NCBI GenBank assembly: GCA_013265495.1
Contig: MU057781.1
Coordinates: forward strand, 436,001 to 500,000
Direction: 5' to 3'
DNA length: 64,000 bases
From: Vicugna vicugna
Lineage: Eukaryota
Shown piece by piece: positions 11,720-24,439 of the stretch (position 1 is the stretch's first letter; each line of letters opens with the position of its first letter). The notes below the pieces were generated by a model, which saw only the letters and a list, made by a program, of their open reading frames with translations, did not search any database and was not told where the DNA came from. The position numbers and the translations under genes are program-made.

Positions 11720-12002
11720 GTGAGTGTTGTAAGGGCGGGGGTCCTTGCAGGGGTCGCAGGAGGATCAGAGCAGGTGGAAACGAGCCTGGAAGATGCCAGG
11801 CTGCCAGCTTGGAAGAGGAAGGGCCAGGAGCCAAGGAAGGCAGGGTCCTCCCCAGTGCCTCCAGAAGGAACCGGCCCTGCCCACACCTTTCCTTGGCCCA
11901 CGGAGACTCAGCGCAGACTTCTGACCCTCCGGGCCTCTAAGGTAGTAAATTTCTGCTGTTTTAAGCCACTGAGTTCATGATAGTTTGTTACAGAGTAAAA
12001 GG
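11720..12002 (+). mobile_element. MLT1 (MLT1C/D-like) LTR fragment
   Basis: ggagccaaggaaggcagg...cctccagaaggaaccggccctgcccacacc...gacttctgacc...gtaaatttctgctgttttaagccactgagttcatgatagtttgttacag. Confidence 0.8.
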
Positions 12003-13667
12003 CAGTCGCTGCCTCTCCAGCGTCATTTCAAAGCCCCCCTTGCCCGACAGTCATGAGCGGTGCTCGTCCGCTGCCGGGGCGGCGGGACTCACCACGGCGG
12101 GGCATCCTGGTGTGATTTATCAGAGGACATTTTGCTGGCAGTTCACTGGATTTTTTTTCTATCCAAAATTACGTCCCTGCTTAGTCTAAAGGAGCATTCT
12201 CCCATGCTGACCTAAATTCTACAGAGGTGGATTCATCCCAGTAAACCTCACGGTAACAGGCAGGTCTCAGGGATGAAAGTCATTTAAATTAAATTATTTA
12301 TGCAGATACATGAAACCAAACGGAATTTCACGACCACGGCATTAGACCCTGGAGAAGTGCTCAGCGTCCCCCGTGCAGGTCCAGCGCTGCTGCCCGAGGG
12401 AAGGCAGGTCCCCCAGGGGGTCACACAGGCGCCCCAAACCCTCATCGCACACCGCCGGCCAGGCTAACGGGGCCCCCACCTGCAGTGAGAACAGCGACCT
12501 CAGGTGCTTCCAAAGTCAAACAAGAATCAGTATTTCTGACCTCTCTTCACTTGGTTAAACACGACAGGTTTAGGGTAGTTACTTAGATAATCCAAAAACG
12601 GACAAAGTCTGAGACAGACCTGTCCTGGTCTCATCTCTAAATGTTTATTTCTCAGTTGAAAGTGGTGATACACAAGCCAGACCTCCCAAAACATCCTCCA
12701 AGTCATCCTTGTCACCAGATTTAATGGCCCAGTGGGACCTCAGGGCAGCCTGAGACACTCCGCACACTGTGGTGGGGACCAGTAGAGGGTGACAGTGACA
12801 TCGCAGGACTGTGGACGTCCAGCCACGTCCACGTCCAGGCTACAGTGAGCACCTCCTCTCTGCCAGAGATTTGGGGTGAAGGCACCACAGTCCTTGAGGC
12901 CTCCCCCAGAGGGGGAGCCTAGAGTCCTGGACTGTGCAAACAGGAGACACACAGCCCCTCTCATCTCTCCCCCCTTCGCCCCAGAGGACAAGGTCACACA
13001 CAAAGCAAGTGACGTCCGGGCTCATATATGAAGGACCAGCAGGCCTCAGTCTGGAGAATGTGGAGGCGGAGGGTCAAGAAGGTCCCTTGGGCCAGGTCTC
13101 CAGCACGTGCTGGCTCGGAGGCAATAGGGAAGGGCCGGGCATCCGGGGCAGAGGCACACAGCTGGGTCTGGGGATCAGGGGCCGGGCTGCAGGGCTCCCA
13201 TCAGGGCCCAACCACGTCTCCCCGAAACGAAGTTGGCTCAACGTGAGACAGAGAGTTCAGAGCCACGCGGATTCAGATCTTCTCCACCTCTGTGTCCAGC
13301 TGCACTCAGAGTGTAAACATCTGTTTCCCTTGAGGAGAGGAGGGAGCTCAGACTTCCTCCAAACCCAGCCAAGAGGGAAGTGCAGGTCTCGGACTGACTC
13401 AGAGTGAACACAGGCGACAGGCAGTTATCACTGTGCAGGGGCTGGGAAGAGGGGGGCAGGGGTGGGGCCCAGCAGGACAAGCCCTGCCCCAGGCTGGTGA
13501 CCCCAGAGGAGAGCCCTAGGAGAGGGTCTGCTGGGAGCTCTGCCCCCCAGATCCATGTGCAGGGAGGGAGCTGGAGAGGGTGGACCCCTCCTCTGACTCC
13601 TGCTGAATGCAGCTGGCAGCCAAAGGCCAGGTGCCCGCGCCTGCAGCCCAGACCCCTCCCCCTCCCA

Positions 13668-13938
13668 TGCTGAATGTTTGCGTCCCCCCAGAATTCACAT
13701 GTTGAGACTCCAGTGTGATGGTATCAGGAGCTGGGGCCTGTAGGAGTGACGAGGTCCTGGGGGGGGGCCATGATGGATTAGTGCCCTTAGGAGAGGGCTC
13801 CCTGCCCCCTCCACCACGTGAGGACCCAGCCAGAAGACAGCGTCTGTGGACCAGAGAGCGGGCTCTCACCAGACACAGAACCTGCCGGCGCCTTGACCGT
13901 GGACCTCCAGCCCCCAGCACGACACGAAGTAAATGGTC
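13668..13938 (+). mobile_element. MLT1A-like LTR
   Basis: ctgaatgtttgcgtccccccagaattcacatgttgag...gatggattagtgcccttag...ctcaccagacacagaacctgccggcgccttgacc. Confidence 0.8.
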
Positions 13939-16900
13939 TCACAGGAGGATGTGATGGGCTTGTGCGAACAGCCCCCAGGCTGGCAGGGACCTCAGACCCA
14001 CGCATCGGGGGAAGCAGCCTGGCCTCGATAGCAGGGCTGTTTGGGGCCTTATCTGCAGGTGCAGAGCAGAGAGGGGACACGTAGGGAGGCCACGAGGTTT
14101 CCTGAATGTGCCCAAACACTGAGTCCTAATTTCACGGCTCACTCCTCCTTCCCTAGACCACCTCCCCGGGCAGACCCCACGCAGAGACCAAGTGCAAGTG
14201 TCCGTCCCGGCTGGCCCAGCCTCAGGGACAGCCGACCCGCCCTATTTGGCTGACTCAGAGCAAGTCTGGTGTGTAAGCCTTCCCTTGATGGTATAAACCC
14301 TTTCTGCACACCTTCTGAGAGGAAGATGATCATGGAACATTAACGAGAACCAGAAATCAAAAGCAGACACTGGGTGTCGTGATTACTTTAGTTCAATTTT
14401 TTGTCAAATACTAGAAGGTATGTACTTCTTAATCCTGCACTGGACATGGCTTCAAAGGTCAGTTAACGATGTGCACAGGACCGGGTAGATCGCGTCCATG
14501 AAAGCTCCCACTGCCCCTTTTGGGCAAAGCAGCCCCTCTGGCCCAACCACGATGACCCCCGAGTGTGCAGGGGCTCGCGCCGTGTGGCTCTGCACCAGCT
14601 GCGTGGCAGGGGCATTTCCGTGAGACTCAGGAGGCAGGGACCCTGTGTCCCAGGACCTGGGGGTAATTTTCAGCAAATCCATTGAGCTGTGACTCTCCTG
14701 GGATTTTTGACCGTTAGAAGCTCACATCTTTTCAAATGTCCAAAAGTATAAATGTGTTTCCGTAAGAAGTTCTGTTCTCCAAATGGGAGAGGATGGCCAC
14801 AAGAGCCTTCCCTAACGAAGCCACGGGCTCCGGTGGCTCCCCCGCTTCCACCTAAAAAGCCATCGGGGTATTTTCCAAAATCAGCAGAGGCACATGAGTC
14901 GCACAGTAGAGACTGCCGGCTCTCTGGGCAGCTCCTTAAGCCACAGCAGCTCAGCAGTCCGATCCTCTCCCCACGTGACTGGCCCCTTAAAGAAGTAAAA
15001 ACGGGCCTGATCCTGAAGCACACAGAAACTCTCGAGCTCCGGGAGCCAGGGCAGCAGCGTGTTCTTAGAGACCTTTCTCTGCTCATCCCTGAAGGGCCGG
15101 GTCGTGAGCCCAGCCGCTCCAAATAAAAATGTCCACTGACTCACAGAGACCCTGGCGTCGAAGCTGGATGGCTCGGGGCTCGGGGCTCCCCCGACGTCTC
15201 TGCAAATGGGTCTCTGGGACCCGGAGCCCCGGCTCGGTGCCGTCCTGCTCCCCCCACCACCGGCACCGACCCCCTCGCCCTCCCAGGGCTCCAAGGAGCC
15301 CTCGCTCGCGCTGGGCCCGTCCCTGCTCCTGCTCGCTGAGCCCGCTGGGCGGGAAGCCCATCTCCAGGGAGCAAGGCGAAGGTGCGCTCCCCGCCGGCTC
15401 GTCCCTGTGAGGGAAGGGCACCCCTGCTGCACTGGCCTGAGACACAAGAGCTCTCGGCCTCGGCTTCTGAGTGTGGGCTTCTCCCCAGGTCCAGTTTCCC
15501 TTCCGCAGACACACATTGTTCTTCTGACAAGTAAAATTTCCTGTGGGTTCTTATTTGCACAACGTAAAGGATCTCCCACAGCTGTACCTGAATCCTGCCG
15601 GCTGTAGGAACGTGTTTTGGGTTTAAGCCATAACCAGGGCCAGAGAGGGGAGACGCACTTGGAGGTGCAATGATGGAGAAGCCAGGGCTGCCTTCGGCCT
15701 GGATTTACCTCCAGCACCTACTGCCCCTTGTGAATGTCCTGTGTGGGAACATCACGGGTTGGTGACGTCCAGTCCCCTCCCACAGTGTGCGGGCAGCAGC
15801 TGGGAACTCAGGTGTGCCCCAAATATCACGTGACTGTATTTTCCCCACTTCAAATTTGATCTGACTCGGGACACCCCGCTAGGCTGGTGGGGTAGTGGGC
15901 CTCGGTCTTTATCGGGGACACCCACCTGTACCCCAAAGGTGCCACAGTCAGAGTGTGAATGGCCAGGAAGTGGTGGCACTGGCCATGCTAGGCCAGCCTG
16001 ACCCAGGGCCAGAACCCCCTCCTCGCACTCTCCAGGGGCTGAAGTTTCCAGGTGTCTGGGGAACAGGTGAGCAGCTTCAGGCCAGGTGAGACAGATCCAA
16101 ACGTAGGGTAACCATGGTGCGTGCGCTCTCTCTGGAGAACAGTTGAGTGGTTTCACTTAAAGTTAAGCAGGGACACACCCACCCCACAGCAATCCCACGC
16201 CAGGGTGTCCGCCCTGGAGGTGGAGACCAGCGCTCACACTCCTCCACGTGACTGAGCACAGCAGCTTTATCCCTAAAGCCCAAGCCAGAAACAACCTAAG
16301 TCCTTCAGCAGGTGCGTGGGTAACAGTTCCATCGTTCTGGAACATGGCTCAGGACAGAAGGAGCGAACCCCCGCCACACATCCCCTCCAGACAGTCAGCG
16401 ACGACGCGGCTGCGTGAGGATGCAAGCCTCCATCCCCCACCCTACCCAGCAGGGCTCCCTGCAGACGGCCTCGGAAAGACACCGCAGCCCTGGAAACAGC
16501 CGTGGATGCCCCAGGTCAGGCTCGGGGACAGTGTGACCATGAAGGGACAGTCACCGTTCTGTACCCTGAGTCCCTACCTGTGCCAAGATGCACAGACCTG
16601 TCGCCCAAGGAAGAAATGTCAACTTGATCGTGTGCTCATTTTAACTATAAAGCATTTCTTAGGAAGAACAACTCAACACAGAGGGTTAGTGGAAAGGATG
16701 GGAAACGCCCAAGACCCGAGGCTCCGAGGAACACGAGGACTATTATGGGATACGATTCTGTTCCCATGGCCTGTGACACCCGCAGACCCCTCACATCTCA
16801 CCACCTCCCGCAGCCGCACCTGCCGGCCTCCTCTGTGCTGGTACTGTCCCTCCGACCGCGTCCCCCAGTCCCGAGAGTCCCTCGGCCGGTCCCCCGAGGC

Positions 16901-17329
16901 CCCCTCAGTCTGACAGCCCCACCTCTGGGGGGCAGGCTTTTCTGACAGTGGTGGTGACCCCCAGGACACGCCACCCACACCGGACACACTCCCGGGAACC
17001 TGCTTCCCCGCCAGCACCTCTCCACCACCGCCTGCGCTTGACGCGGCATCTCGTCCCGCGGGGCGAAGGCCCTACCGACCCCCACAACGCCAGAGGCCCG
17101 CGCTGGTGTCACGGTAAGCTGTGGCCTCACGGTGCCGAGGCGGGGAGGCCTCTGCCGAGACCAGGCCTCTAAGAGAAGCCGCCGCCTCCGGCAGCGCTAG
17201 AACTGTTCTTGGAAGTGGGAGCCACGAGACTCCTGAGACCCCGGCGGCCGAGTCTGCAGAGCCAGCGCAGGCGCGCGGAGCGGCGAGGAGCGGGCGGTGC
17301 ACCCCCTGCGGCCTCTGCGCAGCCCTTCC

Positions 17330-17915
17330 AGCGACGGGCAGAGGTGCGGACCCCAGGCCCGAGCCTCAGAGGGAGAAAGCACGCACAGGCGAAAAGAGCA
17401 GGCTGCAGGGTGATGGGGGTGACAGGCGTCCCTGGTGGGGAAGCCCCAGAAGTCCACACACTGAGCATGACCACACGCGCTGTTAAGGGTGAGCCCTAAC
17501 ATCAGAGTCAGAGCCTGGGCTCCCCCTGCAGGGAGAGGGCGGGCAGGGGTCCAAGGGAGCATCCGGGGCCTGTCACCTTTTCTTTCCTAAGCTGAGTGGT
17601 GGGTCGTGGCGTTTGGGGTATTCGCCGCAATTTTTTATGTGCTTTAATATTTCATCAGGAAACAGAGCAGAGCACAGAACAATGAATAACACTACCATCT
17701 AACCATGGATGCGCTTGTATCTGCGTGCGTCCAGACGATTCCAGGAAGGCCGTGGGAAGAGCAGGACACGGCACCCGGGGCTGGGCCGGGGCGGGAGCGA
17801 GGCTGGACCAGAGCACAGGGCTCGTCTCCTGCTGTTTGAACCTGTGCAGATCCAGGCTACCATGTGCACATACTGTATTTTCAATTTACAGAAGATTAAA
17901 CTATTTTAAAAGAAC
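17330..17915 (+). mobile_element. Decayed L1ME-like 3' end fragments
   Basis: gcgaaaagagcaggctgcagggtgat, ttttctttcctaagctgagtggtgggt and accatgtgcacatactgtattttcaat resemble ancient L1 3' ends. Confidence 0.4.
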
Positions 17916-18204
17916 ATTTTGAGAGAGAGAATGCCCTCATTCTCCCACCTGGCTCCTTCTCTCCGCAGTTCAGCCTCACCGGCCCCGCCACGCCCCGCCC
18001 CGCCCCTCAGACTCCAGCTGGGGGTCCAGCCCCGCCGTCCCTCCCCAGGTCACCACCTGGTCACCTGGGCCTGCTTGTTGCTCAGGCCAGTGGACACGTG
18101 TCCCACTCTTCTAACCAGACCCCCGAAGCATCGCCACCCCCCAGGGAGCCCTCGTGCCCGGCCCTGCCGCTGTCCCGGCGTGTCTCCACCCCCGTGCTGG
18201 TGTC

Positions 18205-18465
18205 TCTTCCTTGGTTTTGTCCTGGGCACTCTGCATTAGAGGTTTATCCTCTCACAGCTCCGGAGGCTGTAGACGGTCATCTTCTCCGTGTCCTCACGAG
18301 TCTGTCCTCGCCTTATAAGGACACGAGTCTTACTAGCTCAGGGCCACTCTAGTGCCCCCGTGTAACCAGAGCCGCCTCTGTAAGACCTCCTCTCCAGTCA
18401 CTCCCTGAGGTCCTGGTCAGGGGTTCAACATATGAATTGCAGGGGGAAGAGTTCAGCCATAAAAC
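18205..18465 (-). mobile_element. MLT1 LTR fragment
   Basis: tttatcctctcacagctccggaggct...ccttataaggacacgagtc...tgaggtcctggtcaggggttcaacatatgaatt. Confidence 0.75.
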
Positions 18466-21400
18466 CATGAAAAGTTCATCCACAGCCTTTTCTTTTCTTC
18501 CCCAAAGTGCAGCCCGCGTAATCCCCCCACCTCCAGTTCCCCCCAAGGGCAAGCAGCCCCAGACCCAGCCTCCCCAGGACCTCCGCCTGGACGCCCAGCG
18601 GCGCCCAGCCGCCCTCTCCCCGCGTGTGCGGCGTCTCCCCTGTGACCTGCCTGACCAGCGGTCCCAGCAACCTGGGGTGACCCCCAACTCTGCACCCCCC
18701 CAGTGGCCCCCACTGGCCACTTCTCTCCTGTCACCCTGCAGCGTTATTACCCTCAGACCACGTGGCTTCCACAGGGAGCAGCCGGGAGGGCAGAAGCCAC
18801 ACGAGTTCCTCTAACAGAGAGAATTTAACTCAGAGGAACGGCGTGGGGGTCTCCCGAGGGCTGAGGGCAGAGACGGCATCTCTGTCTCAGGAAGCAGCTT
18901 CCATCCCCTCGGCAGGGTGGGGGCTGTTAGGACCCAGAGGCTCTGAGGTGGGTCCTGAGGAGCTGGCACCCAGGTAACTGAGGAAGGTCCCAGCAGGACT
19001 GCACTGCTGGGCTGAGGGGCTCCCGGGGCTGTTTCTGAAGGACCCACTGCTCTGCCAGGGAGGAGCTGCCTTCTGGAGCGATGCTGATGAGACAAGAAGC
19101 AGAGGGAAGGATGCAGCGTCTCCCTCCCTCCCCCCGCGCCAGCCTCCCCCCGCACCCCCAAGGACAGCGCCCGTGTCCCAGCCCCAGCTCCACAGGCAGC
19201 GGCAGGTGACTCCACATCCACGGGCACCCTTGTGATCACAGCGGGCTCGTAATAAACACCCGCTGAGCCGAAGGGCCAGGAGGGAACGAGGGCGTGGCCC
19301 CTCCCCTTCCAGGCCCGAGCCGACCCCTGCACTCACAGAGCACGGGCTCCCTGGGCCCCGCGCGCCGGCTGGAGCAGACCCTGTGGGGTGGGTCCCAGAC
19401 ACACAGCCACAAGTGCAGCCAAGGACCCCGTATGAGCCGCCCTCGGCCCCCTTCACCCGCCCACCTGCAGCCACTGAGGCCCCAGAGGGCGTGGTCGGGC
19501 CGACGACCCCCCACCACCTGCACCCCGGCCACTAAGCCCAAGAATTTTAGCCAAGGAGGACGGGGGACTTGTTTCCATCTTTCCCTTTGGAAAAGTCTGA
19601 GTCATGTACGGCTTGGGAATAACCATATTTCCTACATAAAATATTGATTTGGTTCTTTTAAAACAAATAAGATGCAGGCCAGCTGTGGTGCGGACAGCAG
19701 CCCCCGGGACACAGCGCCACCCCGGCCAGAATGCCCAGCGACTATCGACAAGTGGCAGACGATTCATTTACAAACACCGCGTTTCATTTACTCACATAAG
19801 CTTCGTGCCCTGGAAAGCAGCAAAGCCAGCCCCTTTCTCCATCCTGAGATGTTCCTGCAGGATAAACACCAGCCGCCAAAGACGCAGTCAGGACGGCAGG
19901 GAGACGGTCCCTCCCTGAGGGCCCAGCCACCTGCCCCGCGCCCCCTGCGCCCCTAATGCTGCTCACTGCTCCTCTCATACACCAGGCACGGCCCCCGCTT
20001 TGCGCCTGCAGGTCCCACTGCCTGGAGCCCCTCCCCCCGCATCCACAGGCCCCTCCCTCACTTCCTTTGGACCCTCCTTATGTTGCCAGTTGTTAGGTCT
20101 TGTCCCAACCCAGGAAGACTTCAGAGACGGGAGCGGAGGGCAAGAGAGGGGAGTGGGGACTTACTCGGGGCGGACAGCGCACCCCCAAGGGCAGTGCGCA
20201 GGCGCAGGGCGGCGCCGCCCCGGCTCCTCCGGCAAGCTGGTCACACGGGCTGTAAAAACGAGTGGCGGGGTGTTCAGGGGAGGGAAGGGGCTGGGGTCAT
20301 GTCCCCTGATCTCCGTCCCAGCTCCACCTGCCTGAGGGGAGGAGGGATCTCCGTCCTTACTTGGTCTGGACGGGACGTCACAGTATGGGTGCGTGGCGGG
20401 GCCTTCTAGGCTGCAAGGTTGATTCCATTGAAATGAGGGCAGAATGAGCAAAAGTTACACGTGGACACTGCAGAGTCCTGCCTCTTCCCACCTTTCTTTG
20501 TCGGCCTCCAGGCCACTTTTCACCCTAAAATGTGTGACCACTTATCAGCCCAGAGCTTCCTGCTTTTCTTTCTCTTCCCAGGGACCCCGGTCCTCACGTG
20601 ATGTAGGGTTTCCTGTATTTGGCCCCTGCCCCTCCTTTCTGCCCAGTTCCTGCCGTTTGGCCTGCTCCCCCTTCTCTGCTCATACCCAGCTGTCTGCCTG
20701 CTCTCACACCCACACCCCCGTCACTCCTTGTCACCTTCACGTCTGTCACAGGCCTCTCCAGCGGGTCCCTCGGTTTCTGCTGGATGTCAGTCGTCCCCAC
20801 CTGTCGGTCAGTCCTCTGCACAGGAATCAACCAGGGCACCAAGCAGGAGCCTTTCAGGGACAGGCCTGTCGGGAAACGGAGACCTGGCCTACATGGGAGG
20901 CCTGACTGGTGAGGGGTCTCAGGAGGACGCGGGCTGGGGGAGGGGAGAGGCCTGAGTCCCCTGCAGCCTCGCGGGGGGGCCCCTGCCTGCCGCACCCCAG
21001 CGCCTAGAACCGTGCAGGGGCTGTGCCTCCCACAGAGCACCCACCGCGAGCTGGTCCCCCTGCTGCGAGGGGGACGTCCCCTGGGCAGCCTGGGGCACAC
21101 AGGTGGCAGGTCCCTGGTGAAGGCAGGATGACCAGGCCTCAGCCTTTGTGTGCCCCAAGCGCTCTCGTCTCCACGCTTCTTTCTCCAATGCCCACGTGGT
21201 CTGGAAGCACCTGCTCGGAAGACACTCCCTCCCTCCTGGTTCTGGGGCCCTGAGGGCCCAGCAAAGTGTGTGTCAGAGGGGCCGTCCATTTCCCATGCGG
21301 TTAGGGAGCAAGTGACTTGAACCCCGTTTGCCTGGGAGGCCTTTGCGGGGGGCGGGAGCTAATTGCCCAGCCCAGCACAAGGGGGTCTGGTGAGGGCCAC

Positions 21401-21914
21401 GGAGACTCAAGTCACTCTCTCCACCCCAGGTACAGGCAGAGCCCGAGTGGCCTAGAGTCGGGCAATGTGTGCCGGGGCCACAGCAGGGCTGGCCCGTGCG
21501 CTGCCCCCGTCCTCTGAGAGTGCCCTTCTCTGCTGGGGGGACGTCACGGCTTGGGCAGGGATGCCACGGGACGCCCACGGTCGGAGGCTGCCCCTGGCTG
21601 AGGGGCTGACACACGGGTCACGGGGTCCCGTTTTGGGCGCCAGCTTTGTGGACGGTCAAGATGGGAAGACACTGTCCGTCCGGGGGGCCCACGGCCCGCA
21701 GGAGAGGTTAGCGCGGGAGGCCGGCAGGCTTGCTCTGGGACCCGGGTTTCTCCTGCGGCTCTGAGAGCACGTCTGCTCCCCTCACTCAGGCTGCTTCACC
21801 CCAGGACAGAAGGAAGACCCCAGCGCTCAGTGGGCAGAGCTCCGAGAATCAGGGCCTGGTGGGCCACGGAGCTACAAGGGCTGAAGCAAGTCCGATCTGG
21901 TGACCCTTTTGGTT

Positions 21915-23148
21915 ATTTGTTATTGTTTAAGTTCAGTAAAATGCACTCCATTTGGGGTACGCTTCTGTAGGTTTCGACAAAGGCACAATATCGTGTAACC
22001 AGCAGCACGGCACTCAGAACTGTTCCATCACCCCTCCTCCGCCAGAATCACCCTACCCTGCCTTTTCCATCCCAGCCGCCGGCAAGCGCTCACCCATTCT
22101 TGTCCCTACATTTCACCTTTTCTGAACAGGATGTGAGGGAATCATGCACCGCGCAGCCTCGTGGGGCCTGGCTTCCCGCACTTAGAGTGACGCCTCGGAG
22201 AGCCCCTCCTGGCGCGTCCCCGCGGCCCACACCGTCCTCCACGGAGGGGCCTCCGCTGTCCCGGGGCTCCGCCCTTGCCTGTCCCTCACCCGCTGGTGGA
22301 GGCCTGTGCTGTGCCCAGTTTGGAGCGGTTACTGTTCAAGTGACTTTCCACATTCGCAGAGAGGCACGTGCATTAACAAAGTTGTGTTTCCGTTGGGTAA
22401 ACAGCTGGTCGCGAGACAGATGGATTGTGTGGGAAGCGTGTTTAACTGCAGAGGGAACCTCCACGCTGCTTTCCAAGGGCGTCCTCCTTACCGTCTCGCG
22501 TCCCACCGCAGCTGCCGAGAGTTCCCGGTGCTCCGCGTGCTCGCCAGCCCTTGGTGTCGTCTGTTGCGGCGTGTCTGCCTGCTGGCCTCGCCGGCAGGCG
22601 TGGATAAACACTCCAGTGTGGCTTTGATTGGCATTTCCCTAATGGCTGATGACGCCGATCGTTTTTCCGCGTCCCCTTTTGGCCGTCTGTGTGTCGCTTT
22701 GCTGTGGTATCTGTTCAATGTCTCGCCCGTTTTTTAAGCTGGGTTTTTGTTTTCCTATTGTTGGATTTAGTGCTCCTTGTGTGTTCTGAATACCTCCCCT
22801 TTCACAACTATGTGGTTTGCACTTTTCTTTTCATTCTCTGGGCAATCTATTTTGAAGAGCAAAATTCTTAATTTTGATGAAATTCAATTTCTTAATTTGC
22901 TTTTAGCATCATATCTAAAACCCTTTCCTGACCTAAGTTTACAAATTCTCCCTTTCTTCCTGGGGAAGCCCTGCGCCTTAAACTTCACATTTAGGGTCTA
23001 GGATGCATTTGAGTTAATTTTTGTTTGTGGTGCAAAAACGGAGTTGGGATTCTGGTTTGTTTTTTTTTTCTTTTTTACAACTGAATAACCAGTCATTCAG
23101 CACCATTGACAGAAATACTCTCCTTTCTGTATTCATACCTTTTGCACT
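21915..23148 (-). mobile_element. Old L1M 3' UTR/ORF2-end fragment with a GC-converted centre
   Basis: ttcagtaaaatgcactc...tttcgacaaa; gtggctttgattggcatttccctaatggctgatgac; tttgaagagcaaaattcttaattttgatgaa; catttgagttaatttttgt. Confidence 0.85.
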
Positions 23149-23149
23149 T

Positions 23150-23237
23150 AGAGGGGCTGTTAGGACCGAATGAGACGATGTGTGTGAATGTCCAGCACAT
23201 GGCACACTTGAAGTAAGTGCTGATTGACAATAGCTTA
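23150..23237 (+). mobile_element. MIR 3' fragment
   Basis: ggggctgttaggaccgaatgagacgatgtgtgtgaatgtccagcacatggcacacttgaagtaagtgct. Confidence 0.6.
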
Positions 23238-24439
23238 GAAGCCCCTCATTCTGTGGGTCCCAGAAGTTTGCGTGACCAGCGGAAGACATCTCATCCCGGA
23301 AAAGCTCCAGAAGCATCGCGTGTGGGGAGGAGCGAGGAGTCTGAGACGTGGGGCACGGTCCCTGGTGGGAACTTGGACACAGACAGCAATTCTGAAAACC
23401 TTCCCGTGGGGCGGTTAAGGGGAGTTACGTGTAGTGCTTGACCCCCAAAATATACATATACATGCATAGTGCTTTGCAAGCCTGCGATCTTACTGTTAGT
23501 ACACAGGTGGCCATATTTAGAGGCACTTTCCTTAGAAAATGCTTATCAACAATTGAGGGGGTGATTACTTTTCACTTTGCCCACTGAGGACATTATTTGC
23601 TTTGTGTACAGCACAACTGATTTTGTAAGCAGAGCGTATTTAAACACAACTTGACAACTGTGATGACTTATTGGATGTTATCCTTTGAAATTGTATTTAT
23701 CAAGCCGTGTACCTTTGGCATTGGTAATAGCTTCCGCCGAACAAAACCACCGTGAGTCAGGCCCGCCTCCCGATGGGCATTTAATCTTGTCTCCTCCTGG
23801 GGGAGGAAGAATTAATTCAGAGGATCCCTCGACCACGGCGGCCCCTCCCCACGTGGCGGCCCCGGATCTCACCTGCGGCCGGGGCTCTTGGCGCCCCTGC
23901 ACGCGCTGCTGAGCATCACGCCCCTCTGGGTCTCCCTCCCGGGGCCGCTGAGGAGCAGGAGTTAAATGGTGCGTCCAAGAGGACAACCAGCCTTTCTGAG
24001 GTCCAGGGAACTTAGACCTCAAACCACGTTCGGCTCCCCGTCCTCACTGGTGACTTCCCGGAAAGAGCCAAGCCCGCAGGACAGCAGCTCTCAGCACAGG
24101 CTCCACTCAGCGTCGCCCCGGGAGACTCTGCCCCAGCGGGGGCCCAGGCCTCCAGTGCTGCCCGAGCCGGGCCAGTCTGATGCACTGTGGGGCTGAGAAC
24201 CCCCCACTCTCAAAGGGGCATTCCTACAAAGTCCTGCAGGAAGTTACCTTCCTCAAGCCCGGATCCAAGAAAGCCCGTCTTTGATAGACACACGAGACGC
24301 TGGCCCAGGAGAGGGCTTTGTGTAGGGGCACGGGCCCCCTGCAAGGCTCCGGTCCCGGGACGCGTGAGCCCAGGGGTGCCCGTGTCCTGGGGGCCAGGTC
24401 CTCAGTCTTTCCTACTTTCCCTTGGAGGCAGTCACTGCC

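Noticed and set aside
14881..15717. 278-aa minus ORF and other 150-255 aa ORFs (e.g. 9795..10532, 16248..16913, 40742..41509)
   Set aside because: No recognisable homology, low-complexity composition and mostly non-ATG starts; no consistent exon chain.
18485..18680. Polypyrimidine acceptor (cttttcttttcttccccaaag) before a Pro-rich frame
   Set aside because: It directly follows an MLT1 LTR, has only a weak donor and shows no homology I recognise.
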